In this document: piece by piece, positions 40,301-52,269 of the stretch
Position numbering within the stretch: the stretch's first letter is position 1
Layout: every line of letters starts with the position of its first letter
From: Eledone cirrhosa
Lineage: Eukaryota
Direction of reading: 5' to 3'
Assembly (NCBI GenBank): GCA_964016885.1
Contig: OZ024751.1
Location: 4,712,001-4,776,000 of the forward strand
DNA length: 64,000 nt
The notes under the pieces: model-generated
Seen by the model: the letters and a program-made list of their open reading frames with translations, nothing else
Databases searched by the model: none
What the model was told of the DNA's origin: nothing
Made by a program: the position numbers and the translations under genes

Positions 40301-43300
40301 AGAAGAGAGTGGGAGAGAGAGAGAATGTAAGAGAGAGAGAATGTAAGAGGATAGAGTGGGAGAGAGAGAGAGTGGGAGAGAGAGAGAATGTAAGAGAAGA
40401 GAGTGGGAGAGAGTGGGAGAGAGAGAGAATGTAAGAGAGAGAGAATGTAAGAGAAGAGAGTGGGAGAGAGAGAGAGAATATAAGAGAAGAGAGTGGGAGA
40501 GAGAGAGAATGTAAGAGAGAGAGGATTTAAGAGAAGAGAGTGGGGGAGAGAGAGAGAATATAAGAGAGAGAGAATGTAGGAGAAGAGAGTGGGAGAGAGA
40601 GAATGTAGGAGAAGAGAGTGGGAGAGAAAGAGAGTGGGAGAGAGAGAGAATGTAAGAGGAGAGAGTGGGAGAGAGAGAGTGGGAGAGAGAGAGAATGTAA
40701 GAGAGAGAGAATGTAAGAGGAGAGAGTGGGAGAGAGAGAGAGTGGGAGAGAGAGAGAATGTAAGAGAGAGAGAATGTAAGAGAAGAGAGTGGGAGACAGA
40801 AAGAATGTAAGAGAGAGAGAATGTAAGAGAAGAGAGTGGGAGAGATTGTAAGAGAAGAGAGTGGGAGAGAGAGAGAATGTAAGAGAAGAGAGTGGGAGAG
40901 AGAAAGAATGTTAGAGAAGAGAGTGGGAGAGAGAGAGAATGTAGGAGAGAGAGAGTGCGAGAGAGAGAGAATGTAAGAGAGAGAGAATGTAAGAGAAGAG
41001 AGTGGGAGAGAGAGAGAATGTAAGAGAGAGAGGATTTAAGAGAAGAGAGTGGGAGAGAGAGAGAGAATATAAGAGAGAGAGAATGTAGGAGAAGAGAGTG
41101 GGAGAGAGAGAATGTAAGAGAAGAGAGTGGGAGAGAGAGAGAGTGGGAGAGTGAGAGAATGTAAGAGGAGAGAGTGGGAGAGAGAGAGTGGGAGAGAGAG
41201 AGAATGTAAGAGAGAGAGAATGTAAGAGGAGAGAGTGGGAGAGAGAGAGAGAGTGCGAGAGAGAGAGAATGTAAGAGAGAGAGAATGTAAGAGAAGAGAG
41301 TGGGAGACAGAAAGAATGTAAGAGAGAGAGAATGTAAGAGAAGAGAGTGGGAGAGATTGTAAGAGAAGAGAGTGGGAGAGAGAGAGAATGTAAGAGAAGA
41401 GAGTGGGAGAGAGAGAGAATGTAAGAGAGAGAGAGAATGTAAAAGAAGAGAGTGGGAGAGATTGTAAGAGAAGAGAGTGGGAGAGAGAGAGAATGTAAGA
41501 GAAGAGAGTGGGAGAGAGAAAGAATGTAAGAGAGAGAGAATGTAAGAGAAGTGAGTGGGAGAGAGAGAGAGACTGTAAGAGAGAGAGAATGTAAGAGAGA
41601 GAGAATGTAAGAGAAGAGAGTGGGAGAGAGAGAGAATGTAAGAGAGAGAGGATTTAAGAGAAGAGAGTGGGAGAGAGAGAGAGAATATAAGACAGAGAGA
41701 ATGTAGGAGAAGAGAGTGGGAGAGAGAGAATGTAAAAGAAGAGAGTGCGAGAGAGAGAATATAAGAGAAGAGAGTGGGAGAGAGAGAGAATGTAAGAGAA
41801 GAGAGTGGGAGAGAGAGAGAATGTAAGAGGAGAGAGTTGGAGAGAGAGAGTGGGAGAGAGAGAGAATGTAAGAGAGAGAGAATGTAAGAGGAGAGAGTGG
41901 GAGAGAGAGAGAGTGGGAGAGAGAATGTAAGAGAGAGAGAGAGGATGTAAGAGAAGAGAGTGGGAGAGAGAAAGAATGTTAGAGAAGAGAGTGGGAGAGA
42001 GAGAGAATGTAGGAGAGAGAGAGTGCGAGAGAGAGAGAATGTAAGAGAGAGAGAATGTAAGAGAAGAGAGTGGGAGAGAGAGAGAATGTAAGAGAAGAGA
42101 GTGGGAGAGAGAGAGAATGTAAGAGAGAGAGAGAATGTAAGAGAAGAGAGTGGGAGAGAGAGAATGTAAGAGAAGAGAGTGGGAGAGAGAGAGAATGTAA
42201 GAGAGAGAAAATGTAAGAGAAGAGAGTTGGAGAGAGAGAATGTAAAAAGAGAGAATGTAAGCGAAGAGAGTGGGAGAGAGAGAGAATGTAAGAGAAGAGA
42301 GTGGGAGGGAGAGTGAATGTAAGAGAAGAGAGTGGGAGAGAGAGAGAATGTAAGAAAGAGAAAATGTAAGAGAAGAAAGTGGGAGAGAGAGAGAATGTAA
42401 GAGAGAGAGAATGAAAGAAAAGAGAGTGGGGGTGAGAGAGAATGTCAGAGAAGAGAGTGGGAGAGAGAGAGCATGTAAGAGAAGAGAGTGGGAGAGAGAG
42501 AGAATGTAAGAGGATAGAGTGGGAGAGAGAGAGTGGGAGAGAGAGAGTGGGAGAGACAGAGAATGTAAGAGAGAGAGAATGTAAGAGAAGAGAGTGGGAG
42601 AGAGAGAGTGGGAGAGAGAGAGTGGGAGAGAGAGAGAATGTAAGAGAGAGAGAATGTAAGAGAAGAGAGTGGGAGAGAGAGAGAATGTAAGAGAAGAGAG
42701 TGGGAGAGAGAGAGAATGTAAGAGAGAGAGAATTTAAGAGAAGAGAGTGGGAGAGAGAGAGAATATAAGAGAGAGAGAATGTAGGAGAAGAGAGTGGGAG
42801 AGAGAGAGAATGTAAGAGAAGAGAGTGCGAGAGAGAGAGAATATAAGAGAAGAGAGTGGGAGGGAGAGAGAATGTAAGAGAAGAGAGTGGGAGAGAGAGA
42901 GAGAATGTAAGAGAAGAGAGTGGGAGAGAGAGAGAATGTAAGCGAAGAGAGTGCGAGAGGGAGAGAATGTAAGAGAGAGAGAATGTAAGAGAAGAGAGTG
43001 GGAGAGAGAGAGAATGTAAGAGAAGAAAGTGGGAGAGAGAATGTAAGAGAAGAGAATGTAAGAGAGAGAGAATGAAAGAGAAGAGAGTGGGAGAGAATGT
43101 AAGAGAGAGAGAATGAAAGAGAAGAGAGTGGGAGAGAATGTAAGAGAGAGAGAATGTAAGAGAGAGAGAATGTAAGAGAAGAGAGTGGGAAATAGAGATA
43201 ATGTAAGAGAAGAGAGTGGGAGAGAGAGAGAGAATGTAAGAGAAGAGAGTGCGAGAGAGAATGTAAGAGAAGAGAGTGGTAGAGAGTGAGGATGTAAGAG

Positions 43301-43880
43301 AAGAGAGTGGGAGAGAGAGAGAATGTAAGAGAAGAGAGTAGGAGAGAGAGAGAATGTAAGGGAGAGAGAATGTAAGAGAAGAGAGTGGGAAAGAGAGAGA
43401 ATGTAAGAGAAGAGAGTGGTAGAGAGAGAGAATGTAATAGAAGAAAGGGAGAGAGAGATAGAATGTAAGAAAGAGAGAATGTAATAGAAGAGAGTGGTAG
43501 AGAGAGAGAATGTTAGAGAAGAGAGTGGGAGAGAGAGAGAATGTAAGAGAAGAGAGTTGGAGAGAGAGAGAATGTAAAAGAAGAGCGTGAGTGAGAGAGA
43601 CAATGTAAGAGAAGAGAGTGGGAGAGAGAGAGAATGTAAGAGAAGAGAGTGGGAGAGAGAATGTAAGAGGAGAGAGTGGGAGAGAGAATGTAAGAGAAGA
43701 GAGTGGGAGAGAGAATGTAAGAGGAGAGAGTGGGAGAGAGAATGTAAGAGAAGAGAGTGGGAGAGTGAGAGAATGTAAGAACGAGAGAATGTAAGAGAAG
43801 AGAGTGGGAGAGTGAGAGAATGTAAGAGCGAGAGAATGTAAGAGAAGAGAGTGGGAGAGAGAATGTAGGAGAAGAGAGTG
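37330..43880. repeat. 6.5-kb GA-rich satellite (GAGAATGTAAGAGAAGAGAGTGGGAGA variants)
   Basis: Directly visible. Rare variants recur, indicating kb-scale duplications. Confidence 0.97.
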
Positions 43881-44006
43881 CGTTGGAAAGAGGGTATATA
43901 TAAATATGGCTAACGTAAAGAAAGAAAGAAAAAAGGGAAAGAAAGAAAGGAAGATAGAAAGAAAGAAAGAAAGAGAGAAAGAGAGAAAGAAAGGAAGAAG
44001 GAAACA

Positions 44007-44066
<60 letters not shown>

Positions 44067-44373
44067 ATGCTTGTAAGTGAACAGATCAAAACAGTCAAGA
44101 TTCTGAATTGGACAGTTTATAAAAATGGAAAACTTGGGAATGAAATTATGATGAAAAGAAAACAAATTTTAAAATAGATGTCATTTTTTAAATTATAGTT
44201 ATTTGTTATTCAGAAATACTTATATATTTTATTCATCTCCTTATAATATATAACCAGCAATTTCTCTGTCTGTCTGCCCGACAGTGGAAACACGTGCGCG
44301 CGTGCGAATGTTTTTTGCGCACGCGTAGAGAGGGGGATAGCGGGAGGGAGAGAGGGGGGAATTGAGGAGTGCT

Positions 44374-44581
44374 ACAGAAACATATATACATTTCTGTGTG
44401 TGTGTAATATATATATATATACACACACAGAAATATATATATATACACACAGAAATATATATACATTTCTGTGTGTGAAATATATATATATATACACACA
44501 GAAATATATATACATTTCTGTGTGTGTAATATATATATATATATACACACACAGAAATATATATACATTTCTGTGTGTGTA

Positions 44582-44612
<31 letters not shown>

Positions 44613-44683
44613 GAAATATATATACATTTCTGTGTGTGTAATATATATATATATATATACACACACAGAAATATATATATATT

Positions 44684-44732
<49 letters not shown>

Positions 44733-44813
44733 CACACACAGAAATGTATATATATTTCTGTGTGTGTATATATATATATATATATTACACACACAGAAAT
44801 GTATATATATTTC

Positions 44814-44844
<31 letters not shown>

Positions 44845-45037
44845 TACACACACAGAAATGTATATATATTTCTGTGTGTGTATATATATATATTACACAC
44901 ACAGAAATATATATACATTTCTGTGTGTGAAATATATATATATATACACACAGAAATATATATACATTTCTGTGTGTGTAATATATATATATATATATAT
45001 ATACACCAACAGAAATATATATACATTTCTGTGTGTG

Positions 45038-45092
<55 letters not shown>

Positions 45093-45185
45093 GAAATATA
45101 TATATATTTCCGTGTGTGTATATATATATATATATATTACACACACAGAAATGTATATATATATACACACAGAAATATATATACA
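44374..45185. repeat. Palindromic minisatellite TTTCTGTGTGTGT(A/T)nACACACACAGAAA
   Basis: Each unit is self-complementary. The block at ~44690-44890 is inverted. The array resumes at 45735-45950. Confidence 0.9.
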
Positions 45186-45422
45186 TCCCTTAGCTACTGT
45201 ACTGTATCTGTTGCTATCTCTCTCCAGCTATCCCTCTCTTTTAGTTTGTCTGTTTCTCTCACTCTCACTCTTTCTCTTTGTAACACACTAACATTCCTCC
45301 CCTCTATCACTGTGACGAATGGGGAGATGGAGGAGGAGGAGGAGGAGGAGAGAGTCACTTCGTCACTTCACCTCTGCCTTTCTTTCTCTCCCCTCTCACT
45401 TCCTCATTACGTACAGACATTA

Positions 45423-45616
45423 GGGCGGTGGATTGGCAGAATCTGTAGAGAGTCGGACACCATGCTTCATAGCATGGAGTTACGTCCCTTTACGGTCTGA
45501 GTTCAAATACCACCGAGGTTAACTTTGCCTTTCATCCTCACGGGGTCGATAAAATAAAGTACCAGTAATGTACTGGGTAATTGCTGGCCTTGTGCCAAAA
45601 GTAGAAACAATTATTA
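45423..45616 (+). mobile_element. SINE, full length
   Basis: GGGCGGTGGATTGGCAGAATC head, B box, core and AAAGTAGAAACAATTATTA end. Confidence 0.9.
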
Positions 45617-45950
45617 GAAATATTGCTTCATTTTTACATATCTAAGCATTAGTAAAATAACTAATAATTTCAAAAGTAATTTTTCAATTCCAATTGTTAT
45701 GAACAGCAAAACATTAATAATAATTTTGTTCTAAGAAATATATATACATTTCTGTGTGTGTAATATATATATATATACACACACAGAAATATATATACAT
45801 TTCTGTGTGTGTAATATATATATATACACACAGAAATATATATACATTTCTGTGTGTGTAATATATATACATTTCTGTGTGTGTAATATATATATATATA
45901 CACACAGAAATATATATACATTTCTGTGTGTGTAATATATATATATATAT

Positions 45951-47982
45951 TAACTTGCTGCAGGCTACTGATGAAACTTGTGGCTGGAGCAGAGCTCCAA
46001 CCAGACAGAGAGTGACCTGGTGGTGGAACAGCACAGTAGATAAGGCTATTAGAGACAAAAGACTAGCATGGAAGGCTTGGAAAAAGGGTGGGAGTAGGGA
46101 AGAATATACAGCCACTAAGAGAGAAGCTAGACGTCAGGTGTACTTAGCACGCAGGGAGGCAGAGAGTAGGAGGTTTGCCAATGTTCTGCGACGGGAAGAT
46201 CAGAGGCTTGCGGTGTTCCACATTGCAAGGCAGTGTGTCAATGCAAATCAGGATGTTGTTGGAGATAAATGTGTCCGGGATGATGCCGGTGTACTTAGTG
46301 TCACAAATGATCAGAAAAAGGAAGCCTGGAAATGTCATTATGAGAGACTGATGAATGTGGAGAACAAATGGGAGAGAGAGAAATTACCCTTGGTAGATCC
46401 GACAGAGGGACCAGCTATTGAGATTGACGAATATAGGGTCCAAGAGGCGATTAGGGAAATGAAAAATGGTAAGGCTGCCGGACCATCGGGAATAGTTGCT
46501 GAGATGCTGAAGGCATCAGGGGACGTAGGCACTAAACTGGTTGCACGCATCATCAAGTTCAGGTTATGAAAGTGGCAGAAAGGATTTTAGCACAACTAAT
46601 TAGAGAAAGGGTCAAACTAGATCAGATGCAGTTTGGTTTTGTGCCTGGGAAGAGTACAACAGATGCCCTCTTCTTGGTGAGACAATTGCAAGAGAGGTTC
46701 TTAGAGAAGAATAAGCCACTATACTTAGCCTTTGTTGACCTAGAGAAGGACTTTGATAGGGTACCCCGATCTGTCATCTGGTGGTCCCTAAGGAAGCTAG
46801 GTGTTGAGGAATGGCTTGTGAGGACAGTGCAAACTTTGTACAGAGGTACTCTCAGTAAAGTCAGGGTAGGAATGGAGTTTAGTGAGGAATTCCAGATACA
46901 AGTAGGAGTACATAAGGGTTCGGTCCTCAGCCCGCTCTTGTTCATTATAGTCCTCCAAGCCATAACAGAGGAGTTGAAGACTGGCTGTCCATGGGAACTT
47001 CTCTATGCTGACGATCTGGTTCTTATAGCAGAATCAGCAGAGGAGCTAGAGAATAAATTCTGGCTATGGAAACAGCAGTTGGAAGCAAGAGGACTGAGAG
47101 TGAATCTAGCTAAGATAAACGTGTTGATGAGTAGAAAAGAGGACAAAACCCTGATTCCGTCAGGGAAATGGCCATGTTCGATATGCAGAAAAGGAACTGG
47201 CATAAATTCTATAAAATGCACACAATGCAGATCCTGGGTACACAAGAGATGTAGCGGGATAGCAGGCAAACTAACAGGTAGGGAGAAATATGTATACAGT
47301 AGATATACAGGGAAATTAGACAGTAGAAGTCGCATTGATAGACACATTTTTCAAATGCAGGAGGGCGCTATAGAAGTGGTGGATAGCTTCCGGTACCTAG
47401 GAGATCAGATTAGCATGGGAGGAGGGTGTTCCGAGGCCATAGTATCTAGAATAAGGACGGGTTGGAAGAAGTTTAGGGAGCTGCTTCCTCTGTTGACGAA
47501 GAAGGGTTTCTCCCTGCGTGCGAAAGGCCGGTTGTATGATGCCTGTGTGAGGAGCGCGATGCTGCATGGTAGTGAGACATGGGCAGTAACTGCAGAGGAC
47601 ATGCAACGGCTGGAGAGAAATGAGGCAAGCATGCTCCGTTGGATGTGCAGTGTAAATGTGCGTGAACGACCCAGCTTAAATGTGTTGAGAGAGAAACTGT
47701 GTCTGAGAGGGATAGAATGTAGTGGACGGGAGAGGAAACTGAGGTGGTATGGACATGTGATGCGTATGGAGGATGACCGATGGGTGAAGAAGTGCCAGGA
47801 ATTGCCAGTTGAAGGAAGACGTGGTAGAGGTAGACCACGAAAAACATGGGCGGAGGTGGTGAGAACAGACCTCAGATCATTGAAGCTCACGGTGGAGATG
47901 ACGAGGGACCGTGACGAGTGGTGAGATGCTGTGCTGAATAAGACCCGTCCCACCCTTGCAAGCAGGGAAAAGCGGACGTAAA

Positions 47983-48029
<47 letters not shown>
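45951..48029 (+). mobile_element. RTE-clade LINE, 5'-truncated and internally deleted
   Basis: TWWWN, GKAAGPSGIVAEMLK, QFGFVPGKSTTDA, FVDLEKDFDRVPR, LLYADDLVL, FRYLGD, LRWYGHVMR and GRGRPRKTW motifs. Short 3' UTR and (GAT)n tail; inserted in an (AT)n tract of the palindromic minisatellite. Confidence 0.95.
46566..47924 (+). pseudogene. RTE reverse transcriptase with internal Cys/His cluster
   Basis: 452-aa ORF with YADD, followed by WPCSICRKG..SIKCTQCRSWVHKRCSG. Confidence 0.9.
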
Positions 48030-48676
48030 ATATATATACACACACAGAAATATATGGGCATTTCTCTGTTTGTCTGTCTGTCTGTCTGTCTGTCCTTCCC
48101 TAAAACTCAAATGTAGGTGCTACAGAAATATTACCTTCCCCTTCCTTTCTCCAGTTTGGTACTACCAAGAGAAACACTGTCGCTATAGAAACATTACCTT
48201 CCCCTCTCCACTGACTTTGGTCACTGAGGCCGAGGGAATCGCTGGTTGCTATAGAGACACCTTGCACAAGCCAGAAGTAACCAGTTCGAGGCGATTCTGA
48301 CTTGACACCATGCCAAGGACCATTTGAAGATATATTTCCATCGTTATATCATAACGTTTATGTATCATAACGTTTATATTTCCGTCACTAATCTCTTTTT
48401 CTCCTTTTTCGTTTTAACATATATTTATTTCAAAGATTTCACCTTATAGATAACATATATATTTATACATGCATAAAAGACACACCGAGAGACGGTGAAC
48501 ATGTGGTGCCGAAAACATTTCTCATCCAAATCTCAACAATATCAGTATATACACTAGATTTGCTAGCAGAAAACCGCCCACCGGGTGGTTTTCTGCTAGT
48601 CTATATATCTAAAACAGAGAATGTCTGTCTGTCCGATCACTAAAACTCGAGAAACACTGGAGTATATATAGGTGTG

Positions 48677-48712
<36 letters not shown>

Positions 48713-48817
48713 GACATATATATATATATATAGTAAAAAATTGAACGGGAACAAAACAGAGAGGCAGTACGAACAAAGGTTTATTAGTTTCACGCTCTTG
48801 AGAGTGCGGTGGTGGGG

Positions 48818-48851
48818 AACGACGTTTCGGGCATAAGCCCTTCTTCAGGTG
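48818..48851 (-). ncRNA. Minimal hammerhead ribozyme motif (Penelope-like)
   Basis: Minus strand CAC CUGAAGA A GGGC UUAU GCCC GAAA CGUC GUU. Stem I is only 2 bp. AATAAA lies downstream. Confidence 0.7.
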
Positions 48852-49089
48852 AAGAGTGTGTGGAAAGAGAGTTCCAAGGGTGTGTAGGGGAGTGGTGGAG
48901 AGACATATAGAAAAAAGGGGGTGAGAAGAAACGGTACAAATGAAATTAAATATAAAGGCATGATCAAAATAAAATTAAAAATACACACGGAGTAAAACAG
49001 GTGGTGGAAGGGTGTGGGGCGTGTAGGGGTGGTGGCGGGTGGAGTGGGGAGAGGGAGACGGGGTGTCCGAGCGGGGAGGGCTGAAGGTG

Positions 49090-49122
<33 letters not shown>

Positions 49123-49665
49123 AAAGTAAGAGTTGGGGGAAGAACGGGGTTGCATGTTCAGGAAGAGGTGTGTGTGGGGTGGGGTGTAGGTCGGAGTGTG
49201 TGTGCGTGTGTGGATAGAGGTATGGGGGGGATTCCGGAGGCTGAATATGTAAATATGTGGTGGTATATATATATATATATAGTGTAGGAGGTGAGTTTTA
49301 TTGTAGCACAATAAAGCAATGCAAATATCGGAGCTTGCGATGAACTGACTGGTTATAACTTTGTATTGGCGATCGAGTAACGTGAAAATAAGCGGATAGC
49401 GATCTCTAGACCTACCAGTTCAGAGAAACAATTGTCAGCAATGAGATTAAAAACCTTTTTTGTATAGCAAACCGTGTCACTCTTCTTTCCTGATTTATTA
49501 TTACTCCAAGTGTTTACAACATAGGAATTACAGCGTACTCGCAGCATCACTATGGAAACGCCTTGTTGAGTCAAACTTAGCCAAGCGTTGATATCATCCA
49601 CTACCCGGAGTACCATAACTGGACGACACCTAAGTGGACTGCATATAACAATTATTTGTTGCCCC

Positions 49666-49726
<61 letters not shown>

Positions 49727-49880
49727 TAGATAGATTTTGAGTTTATGTTGGTTGTATACCAACACCTCAGTATGCAGGCTGGAGCACTCGACGAAGTGCG
49801 CAGGTTGGTTTGGTTACTCCGGAGTAGTGTAAAATAAAGTTAAATAAAAGTCAAATGATTAAAATTTAGCTTCGTTTATT

Positions 49881-49935
49881 ACTGCTATATATATTTCAGT
49901 GACAGCCATCTTTGGCTGTGACCTCTTCAGGCAGT
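49881..49935 (-). ncRNA. Hammerhead ribozyme motif, mirror copy
   Basis: Exact reverse complement of 50177-50231. Confidence 0.8.
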
Positions 49936-50176
49936 TTGAATTAGTATGGTATAGACAAGTACATATGTTGTTTAGGTGTATAATATTGTCAATACTCTGA
50001 TATGCCCAGTTCCTTGTTGGGTTGTTAATTCACTGAGGAACTGGAGTCACATATCAGTATATACACTATATACACTCAGTGAATTAACAACCCAACAAGG
50101 AACTGGGCATATCAGAGTATTGACAATATTATACACCTAAACAACATATGTACTTGTCTATACCATACTAATTCAA

Positions 50177-50231
50177 ACTGCCTGAAGAGGTCACAGCCAA
50201 AGATGGCTGTCACTGAAATATATATAGCAGT
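50177..50231 (+). ncRNA. Minimal type I hammerhead ribozyme motif
   Basis: ACUGC CUGAAGA GGUCACAGCCA-AAGA-UGGCUGUCACU GAAA UAUAUA UA GCAGU: stem I ACUGC/GCAGU, stem II, palindromic stem III; followed immediately by AAUAAA. Confidence 0.82.
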
Positions 50232-50729
50232 AATAAACGAAGCTAAATTTTAATCATTTGACTTTTATTTAACTTTATTTTATATATATATATATATCCT
50301 TCTGTAATTCATTAAAATTTACATGCACTGACATACAATGCTTATTTCCTATCTCAATCATTTCACTTTCCATTCACAAAGGCCTACATTTGTCCCTGTA
50401 AATAGTTATTTCTCTATAGTTACCGATACATTTAATCCATTTGTACATATATGCTGAACATTTATGTAATTATATCCAATAAATAAATAATTAAAATATC
50501 ATTCTTATCTACAAACACTTGCACAAGTCAGTAATCAACATATACTACAGGGGTTTTCTTATGCAAACCATTGATTTATTAAAACGCAATTTTTCAGTTT
50601 GTAAAGTGAAGGTGAGTGGCTTAGTGGTCAGAGGATTGGATTCTTAATGGTGAAGTTGCTCTTTCTGCCAGGAGTTGTAACTGGCAGAATCGGTAGAGCG
50701 TCCGACAGTAATGGTGAAGTTGCTCTTTC

Positions 50730-50935
50730 TGCCAGAAGTTGTGACTGGCAGAATCGGTAGAGCGTCCGACAATAGCTTTGTTGTCTATAGTTACGGCTCT
50801 TTATGTTCTGAGTTCAAATCTTGCCGAGGTCAACTTTGTCTTTCATCCTTCTGATCGATAAAATAAAGTACCAGTAACGTACTGGGTTCGATATAATCGA
50901 TTTCCCCTCTCCACAAATGCCTAAATTAGAAATCA
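50730..50935 (+). mobile_element. SINE with a locally duplicated 5' end
   Basis: TGGCAGAATCGGTAGAGCGTCCGACA occurs twice (~64-bp duplication from 50646), then B box and core. Confidence 0.8.
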
Positions 50936-51044
50936 TTAAAGATTAGATTTTCCTTTCATCCTTTCGGGGCCAATATAATAAAGTACCAGCCAATAGCTTT
51001 ACTATATCGATTGTATCGATCCCACTCCTACAAAATTGTATATT

Positions 51045-51430
51045 GGCCTCTATTGGTTCCGACGACAGGTGTCCCAATTTCCCAGTTGATTCGACCAACG
51101 TAACAGCCTGCTCAAGAAATTAACGTGCAAGTTGCCGATCATTCAACAGACACGAGTATCCGTGACGTAGTTCTTAGGGAGATTCAACACGACACAATGT
51201 GTGAAAAAGCTGGCTCTTTCGAATTCCAGATTACAGATACAACTCATTTTTTGCCAGTTGAGTGAATGAACTGAAGCAACGTGAAATAAAGTGTCTTGCT
51301 CAAGGACACAGTGGACTGGAGCAACGTGAAAAGAAGTGTCTTGCTCAAGGAAACAATGCGCCACGGGTTATCGAACTCCTGTCCTTACTACCGAGAAGTG
51401 AACACCCTAATCACCAAGTCACGCACCTTC
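51045..51430 (-). mobile_element. Second-family SINE
   Basis: GAAATAAAGTGTCTTGCTCAAGGACAC (duplicated) and tRNA-like boxes on the minus strand; related to 8513-8810. Confidence 0.7.
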
Positions 51431-52269
51431 ATAATCCTTCTTCGTATTAACAATGTTTATTAATTAACCTCTACAATGTTTGACGTCAGCTACAGTATTA
51501 ATTATTTTCATTACAAGTTCATTAGTTGTCCTAGTGTTCTTTAACTGGTAACTGATTCGATCACCAATATGTTACAGTCTCTTCATCCACTGATCAGTTT
51601 TCCCCGTCGATCAGTTACCAAAGTCTTTATTCTCTGCCAAGAATAATGACTGGCGTAAATCTTTGGGATATCTCCAAGAATTTCTTCTTGTTTCTGTTTC
51701 TGTTCCAAACATTATTACCGATGTAAAACACCCGTCGTAATGGTTTGAACTACTAGAAATAGCAGCCAAGTCTAATCTTTTTCACATCACACACGTCTTC
51801 AAAGAAAAGAAGCAAATTTCATAATTTAATTTTATGGATGAAAAACTAGAATATAACAACAGAACAAAACAAAACAGGATGGTAATAGGTAGGAAGTATT
51901 TGATCATTGGCTAGACCAGGGGTCTCAAAGATACCTCCTGCTGCCCTCGTGCCTCATGCGGCTTGCAAAATACGTTTCTATGGCCCGCGGTAGAACAATT
52001 TCTATGACGAATTAAGAAAAATTTGAAACGAAAAATTTGTCCCCTTACATTTTGTACTAATTCACATCTCTTATGGGTGTTCATTTTGAAGGAAATAAAT
52101 AGCAGCCTATCGGCTGTATTGCAGATTAGCATTATAACAGGTAAAACCCCCGCCTCAACCCACCTCACTTTTGTCCCGCTGATCCTCTCTCCCCCATGAC
52201 GCAATGGTCCTTTTGAATCCTTGATCAAGGTTGAGCTAGAGTGAAATAGAAATAAACAACCAGTAGTTA

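Larger units (their letters stand above)
44236..48599 (+). mobile_element. Helitron-like non-autonomous element(s) with nested repeats
   Basis: A|TCTCCTTATAATATATAA..(TGTC)n start, a similar (TGTC)n module near 48060, and a GC hairpin plus CTAG at 48563-48599. May be several elements rather than one. Confidence 0.45.
49830..50282. repeat. Perfect inverted repeat, 208-bp arms with 37-bp spacer (Penelope-like pseudo-LTR pair)
   Basis: 49830-50037 is the reverse complement of 50075-50282. Confidence 0.95.

Noticed and set aside
41979-44165. 728-aa Leu/Ser ORF
   Set aside because: Reverse strand of the GA satellite.
49353-49616. 87-aa ORF or Penelope GIY-YIG fragment
   Set aside because: No convincing motif recognisable by eye in either orientation.
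51917-51992. hAT MITE left end CAGGGGTCTCAAA
   Set aside because: No matching right TIR or TSD found, so boundaries cannot be supported.
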